In this document: positions 27,406-38,458 of the stretch, piece by piece
Position numbering within the stretch: position 1 is the first letter of the stretch
Layout: every line of letters begins with the position of its first letter
Origin: an uncultured Chthonomonadaceae bacterium
Lineage (GTDB): Bacteria > Armatimonadota > Chthonomonadetes > Chthonomonadales > Chthonomonadaceae
Assembly: GCA_963835065.1 (NCBI GenBank)
Contig: CAWIEK010000068.1
Coordinates: 32,001 to 96,000 of the forward strand
Length of the DNA: 64,000 bases
Direction: 5' to 3'
Notes under the pieces: model-generated
The model's database searches: none
Told to the model about the DNA's origin: nothing
What the model saw: the letters and a program-made list of their open reading frames with translations, nothing else
Made by a program: the position numbers and the translations under genes

Positions 27406-28032
27406 ATGAAGTATGCTATGAAGACCTCGCTGTATGTGACTGCCGCCGCGCTCGTGACATTGAGCGGTCTCGCGGTTGCCCAGGATAAGATGGGCAAGAT
27501 GGACAAGGGCGATAAGATGGGCAAAGCGGGAAGCGGCACGGTCAGCGCCCAGGACAAGATGTTTATGCAGCATGGCGGAGAATTCTAATATCGCCGAAAT
27601 CAAAACCAGCCAGGTTGCGCTTACAAAAGCCACCAAACAGCCCCTCAAAGATTTCGGGCAAAAGATGATTGATGACCATACCACCGCGGAAAACGACTTG
27701 AAGACGCTTGCCGGGAGCAAGAGCGTGACACTGCGGGGCGATACCGAACCTGACAAACAAAGCGGCCCTTGCCAAACTGATGAAGCTCAGTGGCGCGGCT
27801 TTCGACGCCAGCTACACCAAAGTGCAGAAAACCGGCCACGACAAAACCATTCTCGCGTTCCAGAAAGAAATCAGCAGCGGTAAGGACGCGGATGTGAAAG
27901 CCTACGCGCAGAAAGTACCTGCCCGCCATTCAGGAACATGATAAGATGATCATGGACATGAAGGCTACGGGTAAAATGGACAAGATGGGTAAGATGGGTA
28001 AGATGGATAAAATGGGCAACGGCAAAATGTAG
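27406..28032 (+). CDS. Secreted DUF4142 protein with MxKMDK pentapeptide-like repeats, frameshifted
   Basis: Signal peptide. SAQDKMFM, NIAEIKTSQVAL, KDFGQKMIDDHT and C-terminal GKMDKMGKMGKMDKMG, spread over three frames. Confidence 0.8.
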
Positions 28033-28358
28033 ATTCTCTTCTACACTCGGCTTGTGCTTCCATGCCGGTTCTGTCCTTTTTAGCAACGCAAAATGCCCTT
28101 TCTTCAAACTGATAATTGGAGAGAGGGCATTTGTCGCGTCGGCTCCTGATGAACTCATTTCCGTCTGTGAATTTTTTCACACGCTGAACTTTTGTTAAAA
28201 TTTGTCTGTTTAACCGGCAGGAATAACCGTCATGCGGGTAGAATACCTCGCCTGCATGTTAGCGCAACGTAATGGTTGCTAATTCCATGCGCAAAACATC
28301 CGGCGCGGTAAGCAAGAAGACACCGGAGGACAATTCTTGACAAGGAGAACGTGAGCAA

Positions 28359-29706
28359 ATGAAGTTTGTAATCGCGCGCACACAGCCGTTCGCGCTCAAA
28401 AAAGGAACCCGCGCTGTTTTCACAGGATTGGCCGCTGTCGGACTGATTGCCAACTTGTTCGGCTGCGGGGGTGGCAGCGGCGGCAGCAAGAGCGCCGCCG
28501 ACTCGAAATTGCTGTACACCGAATCTAACGATCCGACGCGCAACGTCATTCTGGCGTTCCGGCGCGCGTCCGACGGTTCCTTGACGCCGCTTGCGAGCAG
28601 TCCCATTGATTTGCGGGGACAGGGATTTGCCAACCCACAGGAACAGCCCGGCCCGCCCGACGCGGACCAGCAGATTATCACCAACGCCAATCATACGCTG
28701 CTGTTCGCGGTCAATTCCGGCAGCAATACGATTGCCGTCATGAAGATCAATTCCGACGGCAGCCTGACCCACATTTCCGGTTCGCCCTTTGCTTCCGGCG
28801 GCACAAACCCGTTCACCCTGTACCTGTTGGGCAGCAAACTCTACTGCGGCAACAAAAACGTGGGGTCGGGCGCGGGGGCTGGCGGAACGCCGAACTACAC
28901 GGTCTTTAATGTGGGCGCGGACGGCACATTGACGCAATTGACGGGCGCGACAGTCGGGGCAAGCGCGGGTTCCTCGCCCTCGCAAGTGCTGGCCTCGCCG
29001 GACGGCAAGACGATGTTCACCAATGACTTCTTCGGCCCGCTCGCGTCGCCCGCTACGGGCAGTCTGCGCTCCTACAAAATCAACGCCGATGGCAGCCTGA
29101 CGCAAAACGGCGCGGCCATCGCCCCTCCGACGACGGTTCCCGCCAATACCGCCGCGCCCTTCGTGCCGTTCTATTCGCTGGTGCAGGGCGTACAGGTACA
29201 CCCGACGCAGCGCATCGTGTATGCCACTGTCCCGGTAACGGATCAACTGGCCGTGTACACCTATGACGCAAGCGGCGTCCTGAGTTTCAACTCGTTTTCG
29301 CCGGTATCGGGCGCGATTCCCTGCTGGCTCGTCATCAACAAGGCGCGAACGCGCATGTATATCGTGGAAACCGGCAGCAACAGCGTTTCGACATTTGACA
29401 TTACCAACCCGCTGACGCCCAAAGAAGTCCAGTATCTGCCATTGGGCAGTTCCGGCCCGACCTTCCCGCTGCTGCCGATTTTGCCCCCGCTGACTTCCAG
29501 CGCGGCGGCGGAAGAGTCGCTCGATCCCAATGGCAACTTCCTGTACGTGGTGTCGCACCATGCCAACCCCGACCCCACGTTCAACGGCGGCGGCGTTCTG
29601 CACACCCTGAAAGTGAACAGCGACGGCACATTGACCGAACAGGGCGTTGGCCTGAACCTCGGCCTGTCCAACGCCGCGCACCCACAGGGGCATGGTTACG
29701 TTCTAA
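28359..29706 (+). CDS. Lactonase-family 7-bladed beta-propeller lipoprotein
   Basis: Lipobox LFGC, LFAVNSGSNTIAV, DGSLT..GSPF and PCWL. The likely true end HPQGMVTF* at 29706 needs one base removed from a G run. Confidence 0.8.
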
Positions 29707-29887
29707 AAGCGCTGCCGTTCAAACAAACTTTGTGGGGGCGCAATCAAATTGCGTCCCTGCTTCCTCTTTTCCTTTTCTCCTCTCCGTGTCCTCCGTGTTC
29801 TCCGTGGTTTATTCTCTTGTTCGTGTGACTTCTGCGCGGCAGGCGCGTAGAAAGAGTGTCATCAATTTTGCGGGGAGGAGGGACATC

Positions 29888-30784
29888 ATGGAAAAGCGGG
29901 TTTTGGGCAAGACGGGCATGGAAGTCAGCGTGTTGGGCTTCGGGGGCGCGGAAATCGGATACGAGGGCGCGACAACCGCAACGGTAGAAGCCTTGCTGAA
30001 CAGCGCCTTAGACGCGGGGCTGAATATTATTGACACGGCGGAATGTTACGCCGACAGCGAGGAAAAGATCGGGCAGACCGTGGGGCATCGGCGCAAGGAC
30101 TTTTTCCTATTTACCAAATGCGGCCATGCGGCGGGCCTGGATTTGCCGGATTGGGACCCGAAACTGCTGGAACAGAGCATTGACCGCAGCCTGCAGCGTC
30201 TGCAAACGGATTATGTAGACCTGGTGCAGTTGCACAGTTGCTCCGAGGACATTCTGCGCAAGGGCGACGCGATTGAAGTGCTGCAAAAAGCGCAGGCGGC
30301 GGGCAAAACGCGGTTTATCGGCTACAGCGGCGACAACCAACACGCCAAATACGCCATCGAATGCGGCGCGTTCGACACGCTGCAAACCTCCATCAGCATC
30401 GCCGACCAAGTTGCGGTAGACACGACGCTGCCGCTTGCCCAACAGCACAACCTGGGCGTGATCGTCAAGCGTCCGATTGCCAACGCGGTTTGGCGTCACG
30501 CTACCAAGCCCGACAACGGCTATGTCGTGCCGTATTGGGAGCGGATGCAGGAATTGAAGTACGACTTTTTACGCAGCGACACCAACGACATTACGAGCAT
30601 CGCCCTGCGCTGGACATTGGGGCTGCCGGGGGTGCATACCGCCATTGTCGGAACCACGCACCCGGAGCGCTGGAAAAGCAACGCGCAATTATTGGAAGCC
30701 GGCCCGCTGCCGCAGGAATTGGAGCAGGCCATCCACGCCCGCTGGAAAGAAGTCAGCGCGCCGGAATGGACAGCACAAACGTAA
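29888..30784 (+). CDS. Aldo/keto reductase
   Basis: LGKTGMEVSVLGFG, IDTAECY, FTKCG and SLQRLQTDYVDLVQLH. Confidence 0.95.
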   Translation: MEKRVLGKTGMEVSVLGFGGAEIGYEGATTATVEALLNSALDAGLNIIDTAECYADSEEKIGQTVGHRRKDFFLFTKCGHAAGLDLPDWDPKLLEQSIDRSLQRLQTDYVDLVQLHSCSEDILRKGDAIEVLQKAQAAGKTRFIGYSGDNQHAKYAIECGAFDTLQTSISIADQVAVDTTLPLAQQHNLGVIVKRPIANAVWRHATKPDNGYVVPYWERMQELKYDFLRSDTNDITSIALRWTLGLPGVHTAIVGTTHPERWKSNAQLLEAGPLPQELEQAIHARWKEVSAPEWTAQT

Positions 30785-30792
30785 AGAAGATA

Positions 30793-30930
30793 AACCACGG
30801 AGAACACGGAGGACACGGAGGGAAGAAAAGGAGAGGGGGAGATAGGGAGAAGAGGAGATAAGGAGAAAAACTCTCCATGTTCCCTCCTGCGTTTTCCCTC
30901 TTCTCCGTGTCCTCCGTGTTCTCCGTGGTT
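30793..30930. repeat. REP-like inverted pair with 9-nt periodic arms (another arm at 29782-29809)
   Basis: AACCACGGAGAACACGGAGGACACGGAG ... CTCCGTGTCCTCCGTGTTCTCCGTGGTT. Confidence 0.85.
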
Positions 30931-30979
30931 TGACACTCCTGCATACGTTGTCGTTTGTTTCGCTGTCATTAGGTATAGT

Positions 30980-31933
30980 ATGAAGATTACGTTTTTGGGA
31001 ACCGGGGCGGGCAGTCCGAGCCGCGCGCGCAACGTCACGAGCATCGCTTTGCAGCTTCCGCAGCAGGCGCGCTTGTGGATGTTCGACTGCGGCGAAGCGA
31101 CGCAGCACCAGATATTACGTTCCCCGCTCCGGCTCAGTCAGTTGGAGCGGGTGTTTGTCACGCATCTGCACGGCGACCATATTTTCGGCCTGCCGGGACT
31201 GCTTGCCAGCCGCTCCATGCAAAACGGCGGAACCACGCCCCTGACACTGTACGGCCCGCAGGGGTTGGGCGAGTATGTGCGCGCATCCCTGGAACTCAGC
31301 CAATCGCATCTCGCCTTTCCGCTCAAAGTGGAAACCGTTCGGGCGGGCAAAGCGGGCGGAGTCTGCGCGGTTTACGAGGATGCCGGGTATCGCGTGGAGT
31401 GCGCGGCAATGGCGCATCGGGTGGAAGCGTACGGGTATGCGGTTGTGGAAAAGGATCAGACGGGGCATTTCGACGTGGACAAAGCGCGCGCCCTGAACAT
31501 TCCGCCGGGGCCATTGTACGGCGAGTTGAAAAAGGGCGCGACTGTTCGGCTGGAGGATGGGCGCGTCATTGACGGCAAAGATTTGATCGGGCCGACAATC
31601 AAAGGGCGCAAAGTGGTCTTTTGCGGCGACACGATTTACACGCCCAACGCGGTAGAACTGGCGCGCGATGCCGATGTACTGATCCACGAAGCCACGTTTT
31701 TGCAGGAAGAAACCATGCAGGCGGAGCGGGCGCGACATTCCACGGCGCTTATGGCGGCGCAAACCGCGCTGCAAGCGAACGCCAAAACGCTGATTTTAAC
31801 CCATTTCAGCGCGCGTTATGAGGCGGGGCAGCAATTGGGCGATCTGCTGGCCGAGGCGCAATCCGTGTTCCCGAATACCCTGCTCGCCCACGACTTTATG
31901 ACGGTTGAAGTGCCGCGTGAAGAAGCCGACTAA
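30980..31933 (+). CDS. rnz: Ribonuclease Z
   Basis: FLGTGAG.P...RN, FDCGEATQ, THLHGDH, exosite IPPGPLYG, GDT, HEATF and THFSARY. Confidence 0.97.
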   Translation: MKITFLGTGAGSPSRARNVTSIALQLPQQARLWMFDCGEATQHQILRSPLRLSQLERVFVTHLHGDHIFGLPGLLASRSMQNGGTTPLTLYGPQGLGEYVRASLELSQSHLAFPLKVETVRAGKAGGVCAVYEDAGYRVECAAMAHRVEAYGYAVVEKDQTGHFDVDKARALNIPPGPLYGELKKGATVRLEDGRVIDGKDLIGPTIKGRKVVFCGDTIYTPNAVELARDADVLIHEATFLQEETMQAERARHSTALMAAQTALQANAKTLILTHFSARYEAGQQLGDLLAEAQSVFPNTLLAHDFMTVEVPREEAD

Positions 31934-31976
31934 TCAGGAAGGCAGGAAAGCGACGTCGAGACATAAGGAGTAATCT

Positions 31977-32513
31977 ATGAAAGTAACCTATGACTTTACG
32001 CCTGAAGACTTTACACGGCTAAATCAGGATTACGTCAAGCACGACCCGGACACGCAGCGCAGGAAACGGCAGTCTTTTTGGGGCGTGGTTCTTTTTTGCA
32101 TGTTATCGAGCGCGGGGTGGCTTGGTTTTGGCGATAAAGTTTTTGCTGTTATCTCGGCAATTACTATTGTTATATGGATGTGCCTTTATCCAAAGTTGTG
32201 GAACTACCTGACGCAGTGCCGAATCAAGAAGGCAATTGTGGAAGCGCAGCAAACGGGATATTTCGGCATGCACGAAGCCAGCATTGGCGTTGAAGGCGTT
32301 AGTACGGTAACGCCGAGAGCAAAGACCGAGATCAAGTGGAGCGGTATCAGCAAGGTCACAGCGGCGGAACATGGTATTCTCCTCCATACAAGTTCCTCAA
32401 CCGCCATACTCATGCCCAATTCCGCTTTTACACCAACCAACACGCGCGAACAGTTTTTAGAAGAAATGACGCGCTATCGGGAGCAGGCGGCGGGATTGAC
32501 GGAAACGCTTTGA
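31977..32513 (+). CDS. YcxB-like membrane protein
   Basis: Two TM helices followed by EIKWSGI.KV and AILMP..AF pattern. Confidence 0.7.
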   Translation: MKVTYDFTPEDFTRLNQDYVKHDPDTQRRKRQSFWGVVLFCMLSSAGWLGFGDKVFAVISAITIVIWMCLYPKLWNYLTQCRIKKAIVEAQQTGYFGMHEASIGVEGVSTVTPRAKTEIKWSGISKVTAAEHGILLHTSSSTAILMPNSAFTPTNTREQFLEEMTRYREQAAGLTETL

Positions 32514-32667
32514 TGCGTGGAGGTTGAAGCGTTGGCGGGAATGTGGGATAATGAAGCAGGCGAAACGCCCTAATGATAAGAAACGTAACAGAGGAGAGGA
32601 AATGCCTCTCCTTTTGATTGTAGATTTGCTGTAACAGCAGGTTTCGAGAGAGCATAGGAAAGTTAAG

Positions 32668-33823
32668 ATGAGTAAGGGAACGGTAGTGGCCGCGATGAGC
32701 GGCGGCGTGGACAGCGCGGTTACGGCGGCCCTCCTCAAGCAGGAGGGCTACGATGTCATTGGCATCACGCTGCAAATCTGGCAGGAACACGCCGAGCAGG
32801 GCAAGCATGGCGGGTGCTGCTCGCTGGGCGCGGTGGAAGACGCGCGGCGGGCGGCGGCCAAGATCGGCATCCCGCATTATGTCCTCAATTTCCGCGATTA
32901 TTTCGCGGACAAGGTGATTGACAAGTTCGTGTCCGAGTACAGCAAGGGGCGGACGCCGAACCCCTGCGTGGAGTGCAACCGCAGCGTGAAGTTCGAGGAA
33001 CTGCTGCGGCAGGCCGAAAACCTGGGCGCGGACTATCTGGCGACGGGGCATTATGCGCGTATCCGCTACAACGAGACGAGCGGGCGCTACGAACTGCTGC
33101 GCGCCTTTGACGACGGCAAGGATCAGTCGTATGCCCTGTTCACGCTGACGCAAAAATCGTTGAGCAAGACCCTGATGCCGCTTGGCTTTTTGTCCGGCAA
33201 GCAGGAAACGCGGCGGATTGCGCAGGAATGGGGACTCGCCCTCGCCAACAAGCCCGACTCGCAGGAAATCTGCTTCGTGCCCAAAGAAGGGTACGTGTCG
33301 TTCCTGAGCGAAAAGTCACCCGGCGTCCTGCGTCCCGGCAAAATCGTGGACACGAGCGGCAAACTGGTGGGCGAGCATTTGGGCATCGCGTTCTACACCA
33401 TCGGGCAGCGCAAGCGGCTTCCGGCCAGCAATACCGGCCCGCTGTTCGTGGTCGCCCTGGACGCCGACACCAATACGGTCATTGTCGGCACGGACGCGGA
33501 ATTGTTCATGCCCGGTTTTGTGGCGGACAATTGTAATTGGAGCGCAATTAGCAGCCTGGAAGTCGGAAGTGGAGCGAACCGGCAAGGCGTTGCCTGTTCT
33601 GGCGAAAATCCGCTACAACGGACAGGCCGCGCCCGCCACGCTGACCCTCGGACGCGAACCCGATACGGTAGAAGGCCACTTCGACACGCCACAACGCGCC
33701 GTCACGCCCGGACAGGCGGCGGTCTTCTACGGCGGCGAAGGCGAAAACGCAGGGCAGATCGTTGTCGGCGGCGGAACCATTGAACGCGCCCTGTTGCCGC
33801 AACGGGAAGCGGCAAGCGTCTAA
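32668..33823 (+). CDS. mnmA: tRNA 2-thiouridylase MnmA (frameshift near 33580)
   Basis: AMSGGVDS, TPNPCVECN, ATGHYAR, KDQSYAL and DSQEICF. C-terminal KIRY...PQRAVTPGQAAVFY...GGGTI is in a second frame. Confidence 0.97.
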
Positions 33824-34270
33824 ATGATACGCGACTTTACAGTAGAAGAACAACGGCTTGTGGAACGGGCAAGGCAGGCGGCGCAATCCGCCTATTGCCC
33901 GTATTCACATTTTCCTGTCGGCGCTGTCGCTGAGTCGGAGTTGGGATTGACAACGGGCGTTAATATCGAAAACGCCAGTTATGGTTTGGCGGTGTGCGCC
34001 GAGCGGGTGGCTTTGTTCGGCGCGATTGCGCAGGGCGCGAAACGGTTCACGCGCCTGGCCGTGTCCTGCGCCAACGCCAAAGAAAATGATCCGCCCGGCA
34101 GCCGGATGCCGTGCGGCGCGTGTCGGCAGGTGATTGCCGAGTTTCTCGCGCCCGATTGTCTTGTCTTGATTGATGGTGTGGGCGCAATGACGGTAGCCGA
34201 CCTGTTGCCGCAGCCGTTTCAGTTGGAACAGCGTCCGTTTCTGGATACATCCGCGCGCCCTGCGGAATAG
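33824..34270 (+). CDS. cdd: Cytidine deaminase
   Basis: AYCPYSHFPVGA, GVNIENASYGLAVCAERVA and PCGACRQVIAEF. Confidence 0.96.
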   Translation: MIRDFTVEEQRLVERARQAAQSAYCPYSHFPVGAVAESELGLTTGVNIENASYGLAVCAERVALFGAIAQGAKRFTRLAVSCANAKENDPPGSRMPCGACRQVIAEFLAPDCLVLIDGVGAMTVADLLPQPFQLEQRPFLDTSARPAE

Positions 34271-34288
34271 AGTGCGGGAGGTTTGAGA

Positions 34289-34846
34289 ATGACAGCGCAA
34301 ATGCAGCGTGAAGCAACCATTGAAGACCTGTACCGAGTTCCGGACGATATGAAAGCCGAACTTGTCTGTGGAGAAATCGTTCTGATGCCCCCAACCGGAG
34401 ACGAACCCGGCTACGCCGGCAGTGAGGTTTTTGTTTCGTTGCGTGAGTACGTTCGGCAAAGGCAGTACGGACGCGCTGTGACCGATAATACAGGGTTTAA
34501 CGTCAACCTGCCCAATCGCAAATCGTTCAGCCCGGATGCCGCGTTTTACACGGGGCCGCGTACCGGAATGAAGTTCTTTAATGGCGCTCCCAACTTTGCC
34601 GTAGAAGTGCGCAGTGAAAACGACTATGGTCCGGCGGAGGAGCGTAAAATGGCGGCGAAACGCGCCGACTACTTTGCCGCCGGTACGCTTGTAGTATGGG
34701 ACGTGGACTTGTTGAGCGAGGATGTGGTCAAAAAGTACACGGCTGCCGATCCCGACAACCCCACTGTTTTTCGGCGCGGACAGCAAGCAGATGCCGAACC
34801 CGCCGTACCCGGCTGGACCATGCCGGTGGATGATTTGTTTGGGTAG
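34289..34846 (+). CDS. Uma2 family endonuclease
   Basis: AELVCGEIVLM, SPDAAFY, APNFAVEVRS and KRADYFAAGTLVVWDVD. Confidence 0.93.
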   Translation: MTAQMQREATIEDLYRVPDDMKAELVCGEIVLMPPTGDEPGYAGSEVFVSLREYVRQRQYGRAVTDNTGFNVNLPNRKSFSPDAAFYTGPRTGMKFFNGAPNFAVEVRSENDYGPAEERKMAAKRADYFAAGTLVVWDVDLLSEDVVKKYTAADPDNPTVFRRGQQADAEPAVPGWTMPVDDLFG

Positions 34847-34856
34847 GGAGTAGATA

Positions 34857-34956
34857 TTAGGCATCAGGCATTAGGCATTAGGCATTAGATACAAGGCAGA
34901 AGACAGAAGGCGGAAGACAGAATGAACTAATGCCTAATGCCTGATGCCTAATGCCT
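34857..34956. repeat. Inverted pair of heptamer arrays (TTAGGCA)n ... (TGCCTAA)n enclosing a (CAGAAGA)-type array
   Basis: Seen directly. The right arm contains the annotated ATG at 34944. Confidence 0.85.
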
Positions 34957-35678
34957 CTCTAAGAGGAACTCCTGTCGTGGCGCTGACGATTAACATTTTG
35001 GTGATTGTGCTGCTGTGCTGTTCCATTGTGGCCGTGATACGGCTGTGGAGCGTGTTGGGCAGCGCGCGGACGACCCTTGCTAATCTGGAAGAAACGCGTC
35101 TGGAAGCCAACGAAACCTTGAAACGGCTGTCGGAAGTGGCGGCTTCGACGGACAAGGTGATGCGCGAGGAGGTTGCCCCAACGCTGCAAAAGACCCGCGC
35201 CACGCTGGACAATGTGGAGATGACAACCCGCGCGCTGGCGCGAACCACGCAAAGCCTGCAGCGCCTCACCGGGCGCGCGGAAAACCTTTCCACCGCGCAA
35301 AAACTGTTGGCAATGGGCGGCACCATCGCGCAAAATGTGTTCGCGGGCAAGGCCAATCGGGAGACCACGCCGGCTTCCGTATCGGCTTCCGCGTCAACGG
35401 GCGTGGGATTGGCGTTTGCCGTCGTGTCCCGTCTGCGCGGCCTGTTGGCGCGGCGCAAACAACCCGATAAGCAGAAAGAACGGCAGCGCCTGGACGCTTC
35501 CAACGAAATTCCTGTTTTGCCCGCTTCCCCGCAGGAACAAGCCGTACTCACAGTGGGTAAGGACACGACCTTGATGTTGAGCGCGGAACCAAAACCCCGC
35601 CCCACAAGTAAAACAAGCAGGCAACAAGCCGCGCAGCCAAAATCAACACAGCCGGCAAGTCCGCAGAACAACCGTTAA
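34944..35678 (+). CDS. DUF948/YtxG-like membrane-anchored coiled-coil protein
   Basis: N-terminal TM helix and long amphipathic helix, upstream of a YtxH-like gene. Confidence 0.65.
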   Translation: MPNASLRGTPVVALTINILVIVLLCCSIVAVIRLWSVLGSARTTLANLEETRLEANETLKRLSEVAASTDKVMREEVAPTLQKTRATLDNVEMTTRALARTTQSLQRLTGRAENLSTAQKLLAMGGTIAQNVFAGKANRETTPASVSASASTGVGLAFAVVSRLRGLLARRKQPDKQKERQRLDASNEIPVLPASPQEQAVLTVGKDTTLMLSAEPKPRPTSKTSRQQAAQPKSTQPASPQNNR

Positions 35679-35744
35679 ACCATCTGCGTTAAGATAGCTT
35701 AAGAACGCGAGAAACCAAAAAGCACCCAAGAAAGAGAGCGAACC

Positions 35745-36026
35745 ATGAGTTACGGAGATGAAGAGCGCAACGTCGCTGTCGGCGTTATGGCCGGAATCGG
35801 AATCGGCCTCTTAGTGGGAGCCGCCGCCGCCCTGATGCTTGCCCCCAAGACCGGCGAGGAAACCCGCGACGATGTGAGCAAATCCCTCAACGACCTGACC
35901 GACAAAGTAAGTGAGTTGGGCAAAACCCTCAGCTACAAAGTCACCACAGCGGTAGACCGAACGCGAGCGCAAATGGCGCAGAAATTGGGTGAAGGTTCCG
36001 GTGAAACTGAAGAGGCAGCCCATTAA
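35745..36026 (+). CDS. YtxH domain protein
   Basis: GLLVGAAAALMLAPKTGEETR. Confidence 0.9.
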   Translation: MSYGDEERNVAVGVMAGIGIGLLVGAAAALMLAPKTGEETRDDVSKSLNDLTDKVSELGKTLSYKVTTAVDRTRAQMAQKLGEGSGETEEAAH

Positions 36027-36039
36027 CCCGGTTTCTGCA

Positions 36040-37419
36040 ATGCTGGCATCGCAGGAAATGGCGCAAACTGCCGGACTTTCCGCTGCATGGGAGCAGGGCA
36101 ATGTCGGCGCGGAGCGGACGAGCGGCTTGCACGTCATGGAAGCGCCGTTTGAGGACGCTTCCACAGGCGATTGTGCTCCGCCCGCCCCGCTTTCCCTGTT
36201 GCCTGCCGATGCCCTGCGTGTGGAAGCGGTGACGAAAACAGAAGCGCCCGTATCCGCGCCTGTGATGTTGCCGCGCGCCATGTATCCGTTCGGCTGGTCG
36301 CGCGGCGATGTGAGCCGGGCTTCAGTTGTTTTTGTGACCGTTCTGATTGCGACGCTGTTTTTGGTTCGGGTACAGGCGATTTTGCCGCCGTTTCTGATCG
36401 CGTTCGGGCTGGCTGCGCTGCTCGACCCGACCCTGCGCTACAATGAGCAGCGCGGGCGTTCGCGCGTGTACACGATTGCGCTGCTGTATATCTTCGCCCT
36501 GAGCCTGCTCGCTATTACCGTGATGTGGGTGGTTCCCGCTCTGGCGAGTCAGGTTACGGATGTCAGCCAGAACCTGAGCCACTATTACAACCACATTCAG
36601 CAGACGGCCAACGAGTTCATGGGGCGCAATTCCCGCCTGCTCAATCTGGTGGGCGTCAAGCAGCATAAAGTCGCGGACCTTCTGGACGCCAAATCAGGGC
36701 CGGTGCAGGCCAGTATCGCGGCGACATTGGGCAGCGTCAGCGGGCTGGCGCAAGCCCTGCTATCAAAGGCGCTGTGGCTGGTGATTATCCCCATTTCCAG
36801 TTTCTTCTTTATGCGCGATTTCCCTATACTCCGTGCCCGCATCATCGCCTTGTTCCCGCAGCCGCAGCATGCCCGCCTGCACCAACTCAGCCATGACATC
36901 GTGGATGTGTTCACCGCCTACCTGCGCGGTTTGGCGAAAATCTGCGCCTTATACGCCTGCGTTGCGGGAACCATGTTCGGGCTGCTGAACGTGCGGTATG
37001 CGCTTCTGCTCGGAATCCTGGGCGGCTTATTTTACGCCGTGCCCTACGTGGGCAATCTGCTGACGGCAACCTGCGCCGCCACGATTGCGTTTCTGATGGA
37101 CGCACATCCGGTTCTCTTCTGGAATGTCGGAGCGCACTCGCTGCCGTATGCGATTGTGGTGGCCGTCTGCTGCGTGGTAATGGCGAACATTGTTTTCGAT
37201 CAACTGGTGTATCCCCGTGTTGTGGGTGGTTCGGTGGGACTGCATCCCGTCGTCAGTATTTTTGCATTAATGGCGGGCGCGACAATTTTCGGCGTGTGGG
37301 GTATGCTGCTGGCAACGCCGGTAGCCGCGTCCATCCAAATCGTGCTGATGTGCCTGTACCCCAAACTCGCGCAAAAGCCCCCCGTTGCGCTGGTTCAAGC
37401 CGAAGCCTCCACAGCCTGA
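36040..37419 (+). CDS. AI-2E family transporter (start uncertain)
   Basis: ILPPFLIA...LDP, AYLRG, VPYVG and PRVVGGSVGLHPV.SIFALMAG..FGVWGMLLATP. Confidence 0.9.
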   Translation: MLASQEMAQTAGLSAAWEQGNVGAERTSGLHVMEAPFEDASTGDCAPPAPLSLLPADALRVEAVTKTEAPVSAPVMLPRAMYPFGWSRGDVSRASVVFVTVLIATLFLVRVQAILPPFLIAFGLAALLDPTLRYNEQRGRSRVYTIALLYIFALSLLAITVMWVVPALASQVTDVSQNLSHYYNHIQQTANEFMGRNSRLLNLVGVKQHKVADLLDAKSGPVQASIAATLGSVSGLAQALLSKALWLVIIPISSFFFMRDFPILRARIIALFPQPQHARLHQLSHDIVDVFTAYLRGLAKICALYACVAGTMFGLLNVRYALLLGILGGLFYAVPYVGNLLTATCAATIAFLMDAHPVLFWNVGAHSLPYAIVVAVCCVVMANIVFDQLVYPRVVGGSVGLHPVVSIFALMAGATIFGVWGMLLATPVAASIQIVLMCLYPKLAQKPPVALVQAEASTA

Positions 37420-37428
37420 ACTTGCATC

Positions 37429-37484
37429 GAATCCGCGCATTGAAATGCGCGGCTATAGTAACAAAGTCCGCCTACGCGGACTGG
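37429..37484. repeat. REP-like double hairpin
   Basis: CCGCGCATT-GA-AATGCGCGG and AGTCCGC-CTAC-GCGGACT. Confidence 0.6.
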
Positions 37485-37518
37485 GACACTTTGGTGCGTG
37501 AGAGTTCCTTAATGCTCA

Positions 37519-38316
37519 ATGCTTAATGCTCAACGCTTCACAAGGAGCAGTCTTTTGAAATATCAACGTGGGATGGTTTTGGGCGTACTGATTCTTATGG
37601 GAATGAGCCTGCTGCATGGCAGCCGGGCGCAGGAAGCGCAGACCTCGCCGCTTCCCGCATGGAAATCCGCGCCGAAATTGGCCCGGTATTTGTCGTCATT
37701 AGTACGGTTCAATGGGTATGCGATTCAGCCACCACGCGGGTATGCGATGCGGCAGATGCAGCGTCCGGGTATGGCTACGGCAGCGTGGCAGGGAAGCGCG
37801 GCGAGAAACAGCATTGCGCCGGGATTGCTTGTTGCGGTCGGGCCGACGCCGCAGGGCATGGGCCGCAAAATAACGGCGGAACAACTGCTTGCCAACGCCC
37901 TGAACTCCCAAAAACGCGGATATGACGATTGGACGCAAACGGCGGTGGAGCGGGGACGCATCAACGGCCTGACGTTCGCCCGCGCCTACTGGACAGGAAC
38001 GCTGGGGCAAGACAAGCGGAAACTGCGTGGCGTTTCGTACTTTGCCGTGGACGGCAGCCTGATGATCGTGCTGACCGCGCAGGACGCAGGCCGAGCAAAC
38101 GACAAGCCAACCGACGCTTCCACGCCCGAAACGCAGGCCGACCCGAATGGCGAAACTTCCGATGCGGACAACGACGCTTCCCTGCCGTCAGATATTGACC
38201 GTCTGCAGCTTGCCGAAGCCGCCATGCAGACGTTTCGCCGTTCAGGTGTGTCCGTAACACCTTCGCGTCCTGCCGCTTCCACGCCTTCTAACTCGCCTGC
38301 GCCTTCCATCCCATAG
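37519..38316 (+). CDS. Secreted hypothetical protein (PsbP/DcrB-like pattern)
   Basis: Signal peptide ending SRAQ. YAIQPPRGY, GRINGLTFAR and terminal AMQTFR. Confidence 0.6.
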   Translation: MLNAQRFTRSSLLKYQRGMVLGVLILMGMSLLHGSRAQEAQTSPLPAWKSAPKLARYLSSLVRFNGYAIQPPRGYAMRQMQRPGMATAAWQGSAARNSIAPGLLVAVGPTPQGMGRKITAEQLLANALNSQKRGYDDWTQTAVERGRINGLTFARAYWTGTLGQDKRKLRGVSYFAVDGSLMIVLTAQDAGRANDKPTDASTPETQADPNGETSDADNDASLPSDIDRLQLAEAAMQTFRRSGVSVTPSRPAASTPSNSPAPSIP

Positions 38317-38458
38317 TTTCACAATGCCTTAATTCCACGCTGATCATGAACACGACCACCACGAACCTACCTGACATCAACGCAGAAAACTTTCTGTTTG
38401 CTGTTCCAGCGTATGATGCCGTCGTGTCTGCTCGTTCCTCGTTGGGAGAACTTCTCAC

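Noticed and set aside
32668..33823. Frameshifts in mnmA, gpsA, HpcH, AKR, DUF4142, Uma2 and others as pseudogenes or programmed frameshifting
   Set aside because: They are single-base shifts scattered through conserved housekeeping genes, often at short homopolymers, with no shared slippery motif. Long-read consensus error is the simplest explanation.
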